This document shows positions 39,196 through 48,301 of a stretch of 64,000 nucleotides of DNA, piece after piece. The stretch is from positions 544,001 through 608,000 of the forward strand of contig CAWFFN010000005.1 in NCBI GenBank assembly GCA_963815115.1. Reading direction: 5' to 3'. The first letter of the stretch is position 1; each line of letters begins with the position of its first letter. Below the pieces are notes generated by a model that saw only the letters and a list, made by a program, of their open reading frames with translations, was not told the origin of the DNA and made no database searches. The DNA comes from an uncultured delta proteobacterium (lineage in GTDB: Bacteria > Desulfobacterota > Binatia > DP-6). The position numbers were made by a program, and so were the translations under genes.

Positions 39196-40173
39196 ATGGC
39201 CGAGCACGAAGAAGGTTTCGGGAAGCCGCTGACCACGAAGCCCAGCCGCACGCTGGCGCAGATCAAGCGGGAGTTCGCCACAAACGACGCCTGCAAGCGG
39301 TATCTTGTCCAGCTCCGGTGGCCCGGAAAGGTCCACTGCCCTCGCTGTCACAAGGCCGACCGGGTCTATGCGCTCAAGACGCGGCCCTTCCACTGGGTCT
39401 GCAAGAACCCCAGCGACGATTGCCCAGGCATTTACCGCTTCTCCGTCCTCACGGGGACCATCTTCGAGAACACGAAGGTCCCGCTGCGGACGTGGTTCGA
39501 GGTCATCTACCTGATGACGCAGTCGAAGAAGGGCATCAGCGCCTTGCAGGTGCATCGCATCATCGACCCCGTGCGCGGGACGAAGGGCAGCTATCGGACG
39601 GCCTGGTACATGTGCCACCGCATCCGGGCCGCGATGCAGGATGGAGACTTCCTTCAACTGACCGGCATCGTGGAAGTGGATGAGACCTACATCGGCGGGA
39701 AGAACCGGAACCGGCACGGTGGCGGGCGCGGGATGCAGAAGCGCACCGGCAAGCGGAACGTCGCTGGCGGTCTCTACGACAAGGCTCCCGTCGTCGGCGC
39801 CATCGCTCGCAAGGGCAACGTCGTCTGCCAAATGATCGAGATGGTGTCGCACAAGACCCTGACGAACTTCGTCAAAGAGACGGTGTCCGAGAAGGTCGAT
39901 CTGGTCGCCACCGACCAGCATCGCGGGTACGCGCGCCTCGAAAGCATGGGCTTCCCGCATGAGACCGTGAACCACAAGCAGGGCGAGTACGTGCGCGGCA
40001 TCGTCCACACCGCGAACCTCGATAGCTTCTGGTCGCTGCTGAAGCGGGGCATCGTCGGCTCGTTCCACCATGTGTCGCGCGAACATCTGCCGCTCTACCT
40101 CAACGAGTTCAGCTTCCGGCATAACCATCGCCGCGATCCCGACATCTTCGAGGCCGTGCTGGCAGGATGCTGA
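39196..40173 (+). CDS. IS1595 family (ISXO2-like) transposase
   Basis: Zn ribbon RWP...CPRC...C...C.FSV.TGTIFE; VEVDETYIGG, ATD..GY, TVNH..GEYVRG.VHTANLDSFWSLLKRG, YLNEFSFR.N.R. Confidence 0.93.
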   Translation: MAEHEEGFGKPLTTKPSRTLAQIKREFATNDACKRYLVQLRWPGKVHCPRCHKADRVYALKTRPFHWVCKNPSDDCPGIYRFSVLTGTIFENTKVPLRTWFEVIYLMTQSKKGISALQVHRIIDPVRGTKGSYRTAWYMCHRIRAAMQDGDFLQLTGIVEVDETYIGGKNRNRHGGGRGMQKRTGKRNVAGGLYDKAPVVGAIARKGNVVCQMIEMVSHKTLTNFVKETVSEKVDLVATDQHRGYARLESMGFPHETVNHKQGEYVRGIVHTANLDSFWSLLKRGIVGSFHHVSREHLPLYLNEFSFRHNHRRDPDIFEAVLAGC

Positions 40174-40183
40174 GGACACGCCC

Positions 40184-40336
40184 ATGCAATCCAAGAAGGC
40201 CCGGCCGAAGGGGAAACCGAGGAAACCCAAGCCGGGCGCCGACAAGCGCGGACGTCTAAAACCCATCAGCCTCCATCCGATGGAGTTCGATGAGGCCATG
40301 AGGCGGCTGGTCTTACCAGCCAGCGAAAAGAAGTGA
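40184..40336 (+). CDS. Small basic 50-aa protein inside the IS
   Basis: RBS GAGGA just after the transposase stop; MQSKKARPKGKPRKPKPGADKRGRLKPISLHPMEFDEAMRRLVLPASEKK. Confidence 0.55.
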   Translation: MQSKKARPKGKPRKPKPGADKRGRLKPISLHPMEFDEAMRRLVLPASEKK

Positions 40337-40343
40337 CTGAGAA

Positions 40344-41087
40344 TCATTTGATGGTCAGCGTGACGCTATCCAAGGTGATTGCGAGCGTGTCTACCTGGGC
40401 GATGCGGCCCACCACCAGGATAGGAGTATCTTGGTGAAGAATCTTGAGGTTCGGGTATTCGCTCAACTTCACTCGGAACTTAACGATTTCCGCGGTGGGA
40501 GACGAGACGCTGACCAAAATCCTCGCCATCCCGCCCTCTTCGGTGGATATTGAGCGGAATGCAGCCTCCCACCGTACCCAAATCCCTTCATAGGAGCGGA
40601 GGGCCGTTTCGTGCTCATACGGCGGTCGACGCGATATTTCTTGTCGAATGTCGCTCGGAGTGATCGCGCTGGAAGCATGAGGAGGGGGCGAGGACGACAT
40701 CCTATCGACAACCTCGCCTAGAGTGAGACCGCTGATCGACGCGCGTTGCCCTACGGGCGGTTGGGGCGTCGGCTCCGCCATCGAGGCTAGATTCGGAAAG
40801 AGTGGCAATGGTTCCGCTTTCTGCGAACGACCAGTGCCGGCTCGGGAAGCGGAATAGATCAACCCCAGACCAATCACGATAGTCGCCAGTTGAGCCGGTC
40901 GCGATGTCACGAGCCCAGCCCAATAGGCCCAGTCAGCGGCATTCGATATCGTTCGCCACCACTCCCCCCAAGGAAGGCCGGTGGCAGTCTGATAGCTGCC
41001 GATCAAATCGATCACCCAGCGGACGGGGTAAATGAATACGAGCACCGCGCCGATGATCGCCCGTGTTCTTCGCATCCAGGGCCGCAT
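40344..41087 (-). CDS. IS passenger: membrane-anchored protein with putative C-terminal OB-fold
   Basis: Visibly more AT-rich than the flanks; N-terminal hydrophobic helices, Pro/Ser linker, YEGIWVRW...L..L....I.VVGRI.......L beta pattern. Confidence 0.65.
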   Translation of the reverse strand: MRPWMRRTRAIIGAVLVFIYPVRWVIDLIGSYQTATGLPWGEWWRTISNAADWAYWAGLVTSRPAQLATIVIGLGLIYSASRAGTGRSQKAEPLPLFPNLASMAEPTPQPPVGQRASISGLTLGEVVDRMSSSPPPHASSAITPSDIRQEISRRPPYEHETALRSYEGIWVRWEAAFRSISTEEGGMARILVSVSSPTAEIVKFRVKLSEYPNLKILHQDTPILVVGRIAQVDTLAITLDSVTLTIK

Positions 41088-41224
41088 TCCGACGCGATTA
41101 GCACATCCAACCCCGCGGGTGTCAAGTCAGGCACAATCGCCGTCAAGCACAATCGCCGTCCAGGTCGCGGCCCGATAGTCTGTCTGTCGGTCTACGCAGC
41201 GCTCGCGCTGCGGCCGAGCCGGGT

Positions 41225-43993
41225 CTACGCCGCGCGGATCAGGCGCTGGTAGATCTTGGGCAGCTCGCGGGGCAGGTCCGCCACGGCCTCGATCACCAGG
41301 TACTGCTCGCGCGTGCACATCTCGCGCAGGTAGTCGTGGCCCGCGAGGTCGACGGTGATGCAGAAGGGCCGGACACCGGCGCGCTGCACCTCGCGGAGCG
41401 CGACGGCGGTGTCGCGGATGCCGTAGACGTGGCTCTGCCGATCGCTGCCGTAGTCGAGGTCCTGCGGGAAGCCGTCGCTCAGCAGGACCAGGTGGCGCGA
41501 CGGCGCCGTCACGTTCGCCATCTTCGCGAGCGCGTGCCGCAGCGCCGTCCCCATGCGGGTGGAGCCGCGCGGCTCCAGGCCGCCGATGCGGCTCTGGACC
41601 GCGGGGGTCAGCCGCTCCGCGAACGCCTTGACCGGGTAGATCTCGACGTTGTCGCGACCCTGGCCCGAGAAGCCGTAGACGGCGTAGAGGTCGCCGATCT
41701 CCTCGAGCGCGGCCGTCATGATCACGAGCGCGTCCCTGGCGATGTCGATGATGCGATCTGTCGGGTGGCCCGGGGCGGTCTCGTCGGTGGACGCGCTCAG
41801 GTCGAGCAGGAAGAGCGTCGCCACGTCGCGCTCCTCACGGTGGCGCGAGGTGTAGAGCTTCGCCGACGCGGGTTGGCCGGCGCGGCGTTGCATGCGCGCG
41901 TCGACGACGGCGTTCAAGTCGATCGTCTCACCGTCCTCGAGGCCGTGAACGCGCCGGTAGCGCTCGGGCCGCAGGCGCAGGAAGTGCCGACGCACCTCCG
42001 GCACCAGCGCCGCGTGACGCGCGAGCGCCTGGTCGAAGGCGAGACCCGAGTCGCCCGGGAGCTCGACCTCGCGCACCCGGCACCAGGCGGGACGGTAGTC
42101 GCCGATCAGGTGGTCCCACTCGTCGTAGAAGAACACCGCGGCGTCGCCGGTCGCGGGTCGCAGCGTGGCGGCGACGGCATCCGGCGGGCGCGCCCCGGTC
42201 GCGGGCGGCGTCGTTCGCTCCGACAGTCGCTTGCCGGCGAGCTGGGTGACGTACAGTCCGGCCTGCGCGAGGACGTCGCCACGGCCCTGCCCGAGCGCCT
42301 CCGCACCCGCGGCCTCGAGAAGCCGCCGCAACGCCTCGGGGTCGAGCGGACGGCCGCCGCCGACGTCGCCGAGCTCCCGGTCGACGAGGAGGGTGAGCGC
42401 GTCGCGCAGCTCGGCCGGTAGCGTGTCGTCGTCCGGCACCGACGCCGCGGCGGCGTGCGTCGCGTCTTCCGCGCTCCCGGGCGGGCCGTCACCGGCGCCC
42501 GCGTCGAGCAGGATCGTCACGAGCTCGGGCAGGACGCCGAGACCGTCGTCCGTCCGCTCCGCATCGGGGAAGAGCGCTGCGAGCCGTTCCGCCACACGCA
42601 GCGCGTCCGCCGACGTCGCCTCGGGATGCTCGAGCTCGCGAAGGCTCGGCAGCACGAGGGCTGCGAGCGCGCGAAGCCAGGGCGGAACGTCGGTCCGCGC
42701 GGCCTCGGGTCGAAATGCAAGCGCCAGGATGGCGTCGAAGCCGTCCAGCACCGTCGTCTCCTCGCCGACGAGGCTCTCGCTGGCCCAGCGCAGGTCGGCG
42801 CCGATCCCGGGATAGGCGGCCGTCAGGCGGCAGGCGACCCGGAAGCCGTCGGCCAGCAGGAAGAGATCCTCCAGAGCGCCCGGCCGACCGGGAGCACGCA
42901 GGGGTCCGGGACCACTGGCCAGGACGTCGTACGTCCCGAACTCCCGCCGGCCCGCCAGCAGGGCGGCCGCCAGGCGGTAGAGCCTGGCGTTGTCCTCGCA
43001 CGTGTCGAGGCGGTCGATCAGCGGCGGCAGCGCCACCATCTGGCTGTCGGGCGCGTCCTCGAGCGGGGGACGGAGCCGGAAGGGGCCGCAGGGGCGCGGT
43101 GCGGCTGGCCGGGCGGCGAGCATGTGGACCAGGCGTCGCAGCTCGCCCTGCATCTCGTCGAGGGCCACCGCGGTCGGCGAGTCCGCGAGGATGCGCTCGC
43201 TGGTACGCGACGCGACGGCGAAGAAGGCGACGCCGGCCGCACGGTGCCGGGTGGCGAGCGCCAGGCCGTGTGCCGCCCACGCGTGGACGCGCTCGGCCGC
43301 GGCGCTCTCGTAGACCCGCGGCAGACTCCGCAGCAGTGCGGGCAGGCCCGCCGGGAACGCGCGGGCGACCTGCTCGACGATCGCGACCGCGCCTTCGCGA
43401 TGCGCTTCGGGCACGGCGGCCAGGAGCGCCGCCAGCAACGGCGTCACCTCCGCGAGCTCGCGCACCGATCCGTCGAGCGCCGCCATCTGCCAGGCGGCGA
43501 GGAAGCGCGGCCGCAGCGGGTCGGCCAGGCGATCGAGGGCGCGCGGCAGCTCGCGATAGGCGACCAGCGCGAGCGGCGGCGGGAGCGAGAGCGCGGCATC
43601 CAGCCACGCGGCGCGCTCGGCCGTGTCCCATCCGGCGATCGAGCCGGGCAGGGCGCGCAGGAACTCCGCCTCGTCGAGCTCGTCGGTGCAGTGGCGGGCG
43701 AGCGCCATCCAGGGCACGACGTCAGCGGCGGCGAGGAGCGGCAGCGTATCGCGGCTCGACTCGAAGAGCGCCACGGCGAGGCGCTCGCCGCGCCATCCCG
43801 CCTCGGTGCGCAGGCGCGCGCCCGCTTCGGCCCAGGCCTCGAGCAGCGCCGCGTCCACCCGCGGGACGAGGGCCGCGGTGTGCTCGGAGAAGCGTCGCGC
43901 GAGCGTGACGGAGACCTCCGCCAGGCGCGCGTGGGCGGCGCGCCAGCGGGCGCGCGCCCGGCGCTCAGCCGAAGAGGGCAGCGGCGACGTCAT
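41225..43993 (-). CDS. NorD/CbbO-type von Willebrand factor A domain protein
   Basis: [55 protein letters not shown]. Confidence 0.88.
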   Translation of the reverse strand: MTSPLPSSAERRARARWRAAHARLAEVSVTLARRFSEHTAALVPRVDAALLEAWAEAGARLRTEAGWRGERLAVALFESSRDTLPLLAAADVVPWMALARHCTDELDEAEFLRALPGSIAGWDTAERAAWLDAALSLPPPLALVAYRELPRALDRLADPLRPRFLAAWQMAALDGSVRELAEVTPLLAALLAAVPEAHREGAVAIVEQVARAFPAGLPALLRSLPRVYESAAAERVHAWAAHGLALATRHRAAGVAFFAVASRTSERILADSPTAVALDEMQGELRRLVHMLAARPAAPRPCGPFRLRPPLEDAPDSQMVALPPLIDRLDTCEDNARLYRLAAALLAGRREFGTYDVLASGPGPLRAPGRPGALEDLFLLADGFRVACRLTAAYPGIGADLRWASESLVGEETTVLDGFDAILALAFRPEAARTDVPPWLRALAALVLPSLRELEHPEATSADALRVAERLAALFPDAERTDDGLGVLPELVTILLDAGAGDGPPGSAEDATHAAAASVPDDDTLPAELRDALTLLVDRELGDVGGGRPLDPEALRRLLEAAGAEALGQGRGDVLAQAGLYVTQLAGKRLSERTTPPATGARPPDAVAATLRPATGDAAVFFYDEWDHLIGDYRPAWCRVREVELPGDSGLAFDQALARHAALVPEVRRHFLRLRPERYRRVHGLEDGETIDLNAVVDARMQRRAGQPASAKLYTSRHREERDVATLFLLDLSASTDETAPGHPTDRIIDIARDALVIMTAALEEIGDLYAVYGFSGQGRDNVEIYPVKAFAERLTPAVQSRIGGLEPRGSTRMGTALRHALAKMANVTAPSRHLVLLSDGFPQDLDYGSDRQSHVYGIRDTAVALREVQRAGVRPFCITVDLAGHDYLREMCTREQYLVIEAVADLPRELPKIYQRLIRAA

Positions 43994-44771
43994 CGATCGC
44001 GCGCACGGCGTCCGGATCGTCGGTGAGGGCCCGGCTCACCGCCGCGGCGCAGGCACGCCGCGGCGGGATGCCGCGCCCGATGAGCTGGCCGGCGTAGACC
44101 AGGAGCCGCGTGCTCACGCCCTCCGACAACCCGCTCTGGCGGAGATGGCGGACCTTCTCGCCGAGCGTCGCCAGCCGGAGCGCCAGGTCGAGATCGAGCT
44201 GGCTCTCGTGGGCGATGATGCGGGCCTCGGCGTCGCGCGGGGGATAGCCGAACTCCAGCGCCACGAAGCGCTGCCGCGTCGAGTGCTTCAGGTCCTTCAG
44301 CACGCTCTGGTAGCCCGGGTTGTAGGACAGGACGAGGAGAAAGTCGGGGTGCGCTTCGAGCAGCTCTCCCGTCTTGTCGATGGGAAGGAGCCGGCGATGG
44401 TCGGTCAGCGGATGGATCAGGACCACGGTGTCCTTGCGCGCCTCGACCACCTCGTCGAGATAGCAGATGGCGCCGTGCCGCACCGCGCGCGTGAGCGGTC
44501 CGTCGATCCACACCGTCTCGTCGCCCTTGATCAGGTAGCGGCCGACCAGGTCGCTCCCGGTCAGGTCCTCGTGGCAGGCGACGGTGACCAGGTTGCCGGG
44601 GACCTCGCCGCCCGGTGTGGACCGTCCGATCGTCGCCGCCATGTACTCCACGAAGCGCGTCTTGCCGCACCCCGTCGGCCCCTTCAGCAACACGGGCAGG
44701 CGGGCCTGCCAGGCGGCCGTGAAGACCGTGACCTCGTCGGCGATCGGAAGGTAGAAGGGCGGCACGCTCAC
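43965..44771 (-). CDS. CbbQ/NirQ/NorQ family MoxR-like AAA+ ATPase
   Basis: [54 protein letters not shown]. Confidence 0.92.
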   Translation of the reverse strand: MSVPPFYLPIADEVTVFTAAWQARLPVLLKGPTGCGKTRFVEYMAATIGRSTPGGEVPGNLVTVACHEDLTGSDLVGRYLIKGDETVWIDGPLTRAVRHGAICYLDEVVEARKDTVVLIHPLTDHRRLLPIDKTGELLEAHPDFLLVLSYNPGYQSVLKDLKHSTRQRFVALEFGYPPRDAEARIIAHESQLDLDLALRLATLGEKVRHLRQSGLSEGVSTRLLVYAGQLIGRGIPPRRACAAAVSRALTDDPDAVRAIDDVAAALFG

Positions 44772-44829
44772 GCGGCGAGGGAGTCTAGGGTCGCCCCCGG
44801 GACGACGCAAACTCCGCGGCGGTCGCGGC

Positions 44830-45777
44830 TCAGGGGAGGAACCGGGCGCGGTCGGCCGCCGAGGGCAGCGCGCAGGACGCGTCGGCAGCGCCAAAGGCGT
44901 GGCGGCGGCGCGCGAACGCGGCATAGGCCGCGTCCGCGAGCGATCGTGGCAGCCAGGAGAGGAGCGCGACCAGCCGCCACGGACCACCGAGCAGGCGGCC
45001 GAGGCGGACGAGCGCCTCGGAGCGCCACGATACGCGCTCCGCGCCGCTCGCGCGGTCGACGTAGATGATGCTGTCGAGATCACGCGGCAGCCCGGGGCAG
45101 CGGGCGCGGAGGGCGGCGGCCGTCGGCCCCTGGAGCGGGGCAAAGCGCAGCACGCCCTGGCGGTCGGCCGCGAGGAGCCAGCGCACGAAGCGGCTGCAGA
45201 CCCCGCACTCGCCGTCGTAGAGGACGAGGTGGATCGGGGGGGCGCCCGCGACCGGCGGCAGGTCACGCCGCATGATCACCCGTTCCCTCATGGGAATGCC
45301 GAGCTGCTGTTCGCGGGCGCGAACTCCGCGCAGCGCGCGTGGGAACTCGGCCGCACCGAGGGTGCGAAATCCGAGCCGCGCGTAGAAGGGCTCGTTCCAC
45401 GGCACGCGCCGGAAGGTGGAGAGCGTGATGGCGGGAAATCCCTGCGCGGCCGCCCAGTCGCACACCGTGGTGACGAGCCCCGTGCCGATGCCCCGGCCGC
45501 CGGCGTCGGGCACCACGTCGAGCTCCTCCAGATGGGCGAGGCCGTCGAGCACGTTGGCGACGGCGAATCCGAGCGGGCGCCCATCCTGGCCGTCGGCGAC
45601 CCAGATGCGATCGGCGCGCTGGTGCTGGGCCAGCTCCGACAGCGAGAGGGTGCGGTCGAGCAGGTGGTCCAGCAGGCCCATCCCCCGGAATCTCGTCCCG
45701 GCCTCGCGCTCGATACGCTGGAGCTCCGGAAGATCCTCCGCCCGGGCAAGCCGGATACGGACATCCGCCTCACGCAC
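44830..45777 (-). CDS. GNAT acetyltransferase fused to DCC1/DUF393 thiol-disulfide oxidoreductase
   Basis: [27 protein letters not shown], then [15 protein letters not shown]...SEA...AY...ARRR. Confidence 0.75.
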   Translation of the reverse strand: MREADVRIRLARAEDLPELQRIEREAGTRFRGMGLLDHLLDRTLSLSELAQHQRADRIWVADGQDGRPLGFAVANVLDGLAHLEELDVVPDAGGRGIGTGLVTTVCDWAAAQGFPAITLSTFRRVPWNEPFYARLGFRTLGAAEFPRALRGVRAREQQLGIPMRERVIMRRDLPPVAGAPPIHLVLYDGECGVCSRFVRWLLAADRQGVLRFAPLQGPTAAALRARCPGLPRDLDSIIYVDRASGAERVSWRSEALVRLGRLLGGPWRLVALLSWLPRSLADAAYAAFARRRHAFGAADASCALPSAADRARFLP

Positions 45778-45865
45778 GTCGTGCAGCTTAGCGTAGCGCC
45801 GGGGGGTGGTGATACCGGCGGCGGTTCCCTTGCGGCCGGGAGGCCGTTCGTGTCCAAGTCGGACA

Positions 45866-46810
45866 GTGGTCGTCGAGAGCACCGACCTGGAGCGCGCACT
45901 CTCGCGCCTCGGCGAGGACGCCTCCGATCGGCGGGCAGGCCTCTTCGGTCCCGGCTCGCTGACCTGGACGCTCAGCCGCGAGGCGACGGTCTTTCTCGGC
46001 GGCGGCAGGGCAGCACTGCTCCAGCTCGCTCATCCGATCGTCGCGCAGGGAGTGGCCGAGCACTCGCATGCGACCGACGACACCCTCGGCCGCTTTCTTC
46101 GCACCTTCGAGCACGTGTTCGCGATGGTCTACGGCGATCTCGACTCCGCCTTCGACTCGGCACGACGTGTCCATCGCCTGCACGCGCGCGTCCGGGGCGC
46201 CATGTCCGGGACGACGGGCAGCGTGGCGGCCGGCACGCGCTACGAGGCGAACACGCCCGAGGTGCTGCTCTGGGTGCACGCCACGCTCCTCGAGACCACG
46301 GTCCAGCTCTACGAGCTCGTGCTCCGGCCGCTGTCCGCCGACGAGAAGCACGCCTACTACGGCGAGACCAGACGATTTGCCGCGCTGTTCGGGATTCCCG
46401 AGCCGCTGCTTCCGGCCGACTGGCCGGCGTTCGAGGACTACTGGCACCACATGCTGTCGTCGCCCGAGATCACCGTCTCGCCGGTGGCGCGCCGGCTGGC
46501 TCGATCGCTGCTCCGTCCGTCCGGGACCTGGATCGGGGGCCCGGCGTGGGACTGGTTGCGGGCGATCACGGCGCGCCTGCTCCCCCCGCGCCTGCGCGAG
46601 GAGTTCGGATTGCCGTTCGGCTCCGTCGAGCGGGCCCTCGCCGAGAGCTCGCTCGGCGCGCTGCGCGCCACGTGGTGGCTGCTGCCCGGCTCGCTGCGCT
46701 GGCTTCCCGCCTACCGGGACGCGATGCGCCGCCTGGATGGCCGAACGGGACGCGACCCGATCGGGATCGTGCTCGATCAGGTTGTGCGCCTGGCGCGCGG
46801 GTCGCGGTAG
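45866..46810 (+). CDS. Oxygenase MpaB/DUF2236 family protein
   Basis: GLFGPGSLTW, ALLQLAHP.VAQGVAEHS, Y.ANTPEVLLWVHATL. Confidence 0.88.
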   Translation: MVVESTDLERALSRLGEDASDRRAGLFGPGSLTWTLSREATVFLGGGRAALLQLAHPIVAQGVAEHSHATDDTLGRFLRTFEHVFAMVYGDLDSAFDSARRVHRLHARVRGAMSGTTGSVAAGTRYEANTPEVLLWVHATLLETTVQLYELVLRPLSADEKHAYYGETRRFAALFGIPEPLLPADWPAFEDYWHHMLSSPEITVSPVARRLARSLLRPSGTWIGGPAWDWLRAITARLLPPRLREEFGLPFGSVERALAESSLGALRATWWLLPGSLRWLPAYRDAMRRLDGRTGRDPIGIVLDQVVRLARGSR

Positions 46811-46898
46811 CGCCGATTCGGGCTCCGTGCTGCGCAGCTCGACCGGGGGTTCGCCCGGGCGCGATGCGACAGGCGACGACTGCGAGGCGGGGCCGGCC

Positions 46899-47050
46899 TC
46901 ATCCGAGCGCGGCCTGGCGTCGCCAGGCGGCCGGCGGGAGGCCGACGACGCGACGGAACGCGCGGTTGAACGCCGCCTCGGACGCGTAGCCGACCTGCGC
47001 GCCGATGCTCGCGACGCTGGCGTGGGAGTCGCGCAGGAGCTGGGTGCCCT
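46899..47050 (-). pseudogene. C-terminal HTH remnant of an AraC family regulator
   Basis: QLLRDSHASVASIGAQVGYASEAAFNRAFRRVVGLPPAAWR; the rest of the gene is absent. Confidence 0.75.
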
Positions 47051-47432
47051 TCGAGCCGGAGGGGAGCTCGTGCGGTGCGACGCTCGGGCCTCGACGGAGC
47101 TGCGGCATCTCCCGACGGGGAACCTCACTCTACGGGTTCTGCCAGGCCACGGGGAGCGGAAAGCTCCGCCTGTCCGTCTTCGGGTTCGTCGGCGGCGACG
47201 TGGCGGTGACTCTCCCCGGGACGGCGAACTGACCGGCCGCCGCCCGCATGGCGCGGCCGCCGTGATGGACGCCTGGCGCGGGCGAACGCCGTCACGAGGG
47301 CGACGGACGCGTCCGGCGTCCGCTCGACGCGGCGGCTAGGATGACGCAGTGAGCCTCGCCCCGTCGACACGACCCAGTGAGGTCGAGGACTCCGGCCTTC
47401 TCTTCCCACTGAAGCCCTCCGCCACGACGGGT

Positions 47433-47873
47433 CTACCTCTGCCGTCTGCGCGCGACGGAGGGCATGCCCAGGACGTCGAATCCCATGGCCCGCGCCGCCG
47501 TGCCCAGCTCATCGTCGTGTGTCGCGAAGCGCAGATCGTCCACCTGCGTCCGCGCCAGCAGCGCCGTTGCGAGGTGGATGGCATCGAGTGAGCTGAGGAG
47601 CGTTGGAAAGGGCTCCGCGGCACGCTCGAGGACGACGGTATCGAGCGGAAGGATGGCGAACGTCTCCAGCAGCTCCAGAACCGCCGCCCGCTGCTGCGCT
47701 ACCGCCCGGTCGCTGAGCCGCTCCCGGATCCGCGCCCGATCGATCGTCCGCTGGCATTCCAGACGGATCAGCTCGCTGGCGAGCGGCCGCTCGATGCGTC
47801 GCCACTCCCGCAACGCCCCCCGCTCGTTGAGCACGGTGCGCAGGAGCACCGAGGAGTCCACGTACACGTTCAC
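47433..47873 (-). CDS. vapC: Type II TA toxin, VapC/PIN domain
   Basis: YVDSSVLL, SEL..LE, LSSLDAIHLATA, FATHD. Confidence 0.88.
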   Translation of the reverse strand: MNVYVDSSVLLRTVLNERGALREWRRIERPLASELIRLECQRTIDRARIRERLSDRAVAQQRAAVLELLETFAILPLDTVVLERAAEPFPTLLSSLDAIHLATALLARTQVDDLRFATHDDELGTAARAMGFDVLGMPSVARRRQR

Positions 47874-48127
47874 CGCTTGCCCCGCTCTTCGAGGAGCAGC
47901 TGCAGCGAGCCGGCCCGCCAGCGCGCTCTGGGGTAGCGCTTGTTGCGCACCTCAGCGAACGGCCGCCTCGCCGGGATGATGCGCACCTGCGACTCCATCG
48001 CCACCGCAGGGACCAGCCGGACGATCGGGCGGTGGCGGTCGGTGACCTCGATCTCGGCGCCATGCTCCACGGCGCGCAGGTACCGCGAGAGCTGGTTCTT
48101 CAGGTCGGCAATCTTGACCCGCTTCAT
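47870..48127 (-). CDS. Type II TA antitoxin, Phd/YefM family
   Basis: MKRVKIADLKNQLSRYLRAVEHG.EIEVTDR.RPIVRLVP; palindrome TGGCC-N6-GGCCA at 48127-48142. Confidence 0.88.
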   Translation of the reverse strand: MKRVKIADLKNQLSRYLRAVEHGAEIEVTDRHRPIVRLVPAVAMESQVRIIPARRPFAEVRNKRYPRARWRAGSLQLLLEERGKR

Positions 48128-48255
48128 GGCCACATCAGGCCAGATGAGACCCTGCCGGTCAAACTGGCGCGATGATCGCGCGCTGCCCTCCGCCGCGGTG
48201 ACGGTTCACGATCGGCGACGGGGTCGCAATTGTCCCGGCGAACCCGCGGGGCGGC

Positions 48256-48289
48256 GACTGCAGATCGACTCGTCGGTCGATCTGCAGTC
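48256..48289. terminator. 14-bp perfect stem-loop downstream of the di-haem protein gene
   Basis: GACTGCAGATCGAC-tcgtcg-GTCGATCTGCAGTC; no U-tract. Confidence 0.55.
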
Positions 48290-48301
48290 ACCCCGGTCGC
48301 A

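Larger units (their letters stand above)
39145..41141 (+). mobile_element. Complete IS1595-family insertion sequence carrying a passenger gene (transporter IS)
   Basis: IRL GGCGATTATGCCTCACTTGACACCCGTGG (39145-39173) vs IRR reverse complement GGCGATTGTGCCTGACTTGACACCCGCGG (41113-41141), 26/29; 8-bp duplication GTCAAGCA at 39137-39144 and 41142-41149. Confidence 0.92.

Noticed and set aside
41225-44771. Evidence for carbon fixation or denitrification
   Set aside because: No rbcL or norBC in the window; the pair alone is not diagnostic
44785-44830. GACGCAAA resembling a c-di-GMP-I riboswitch
   Set aside because: The GGCAAA/GNRA P2 stem is missing and the motif is on the wrong strand for the adjacent gene
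48170-48255. Possible MoaD/ThiS-like remnant (VAIVPA)
   Set aside because: Too short and needs frameshifts; compatible with chance
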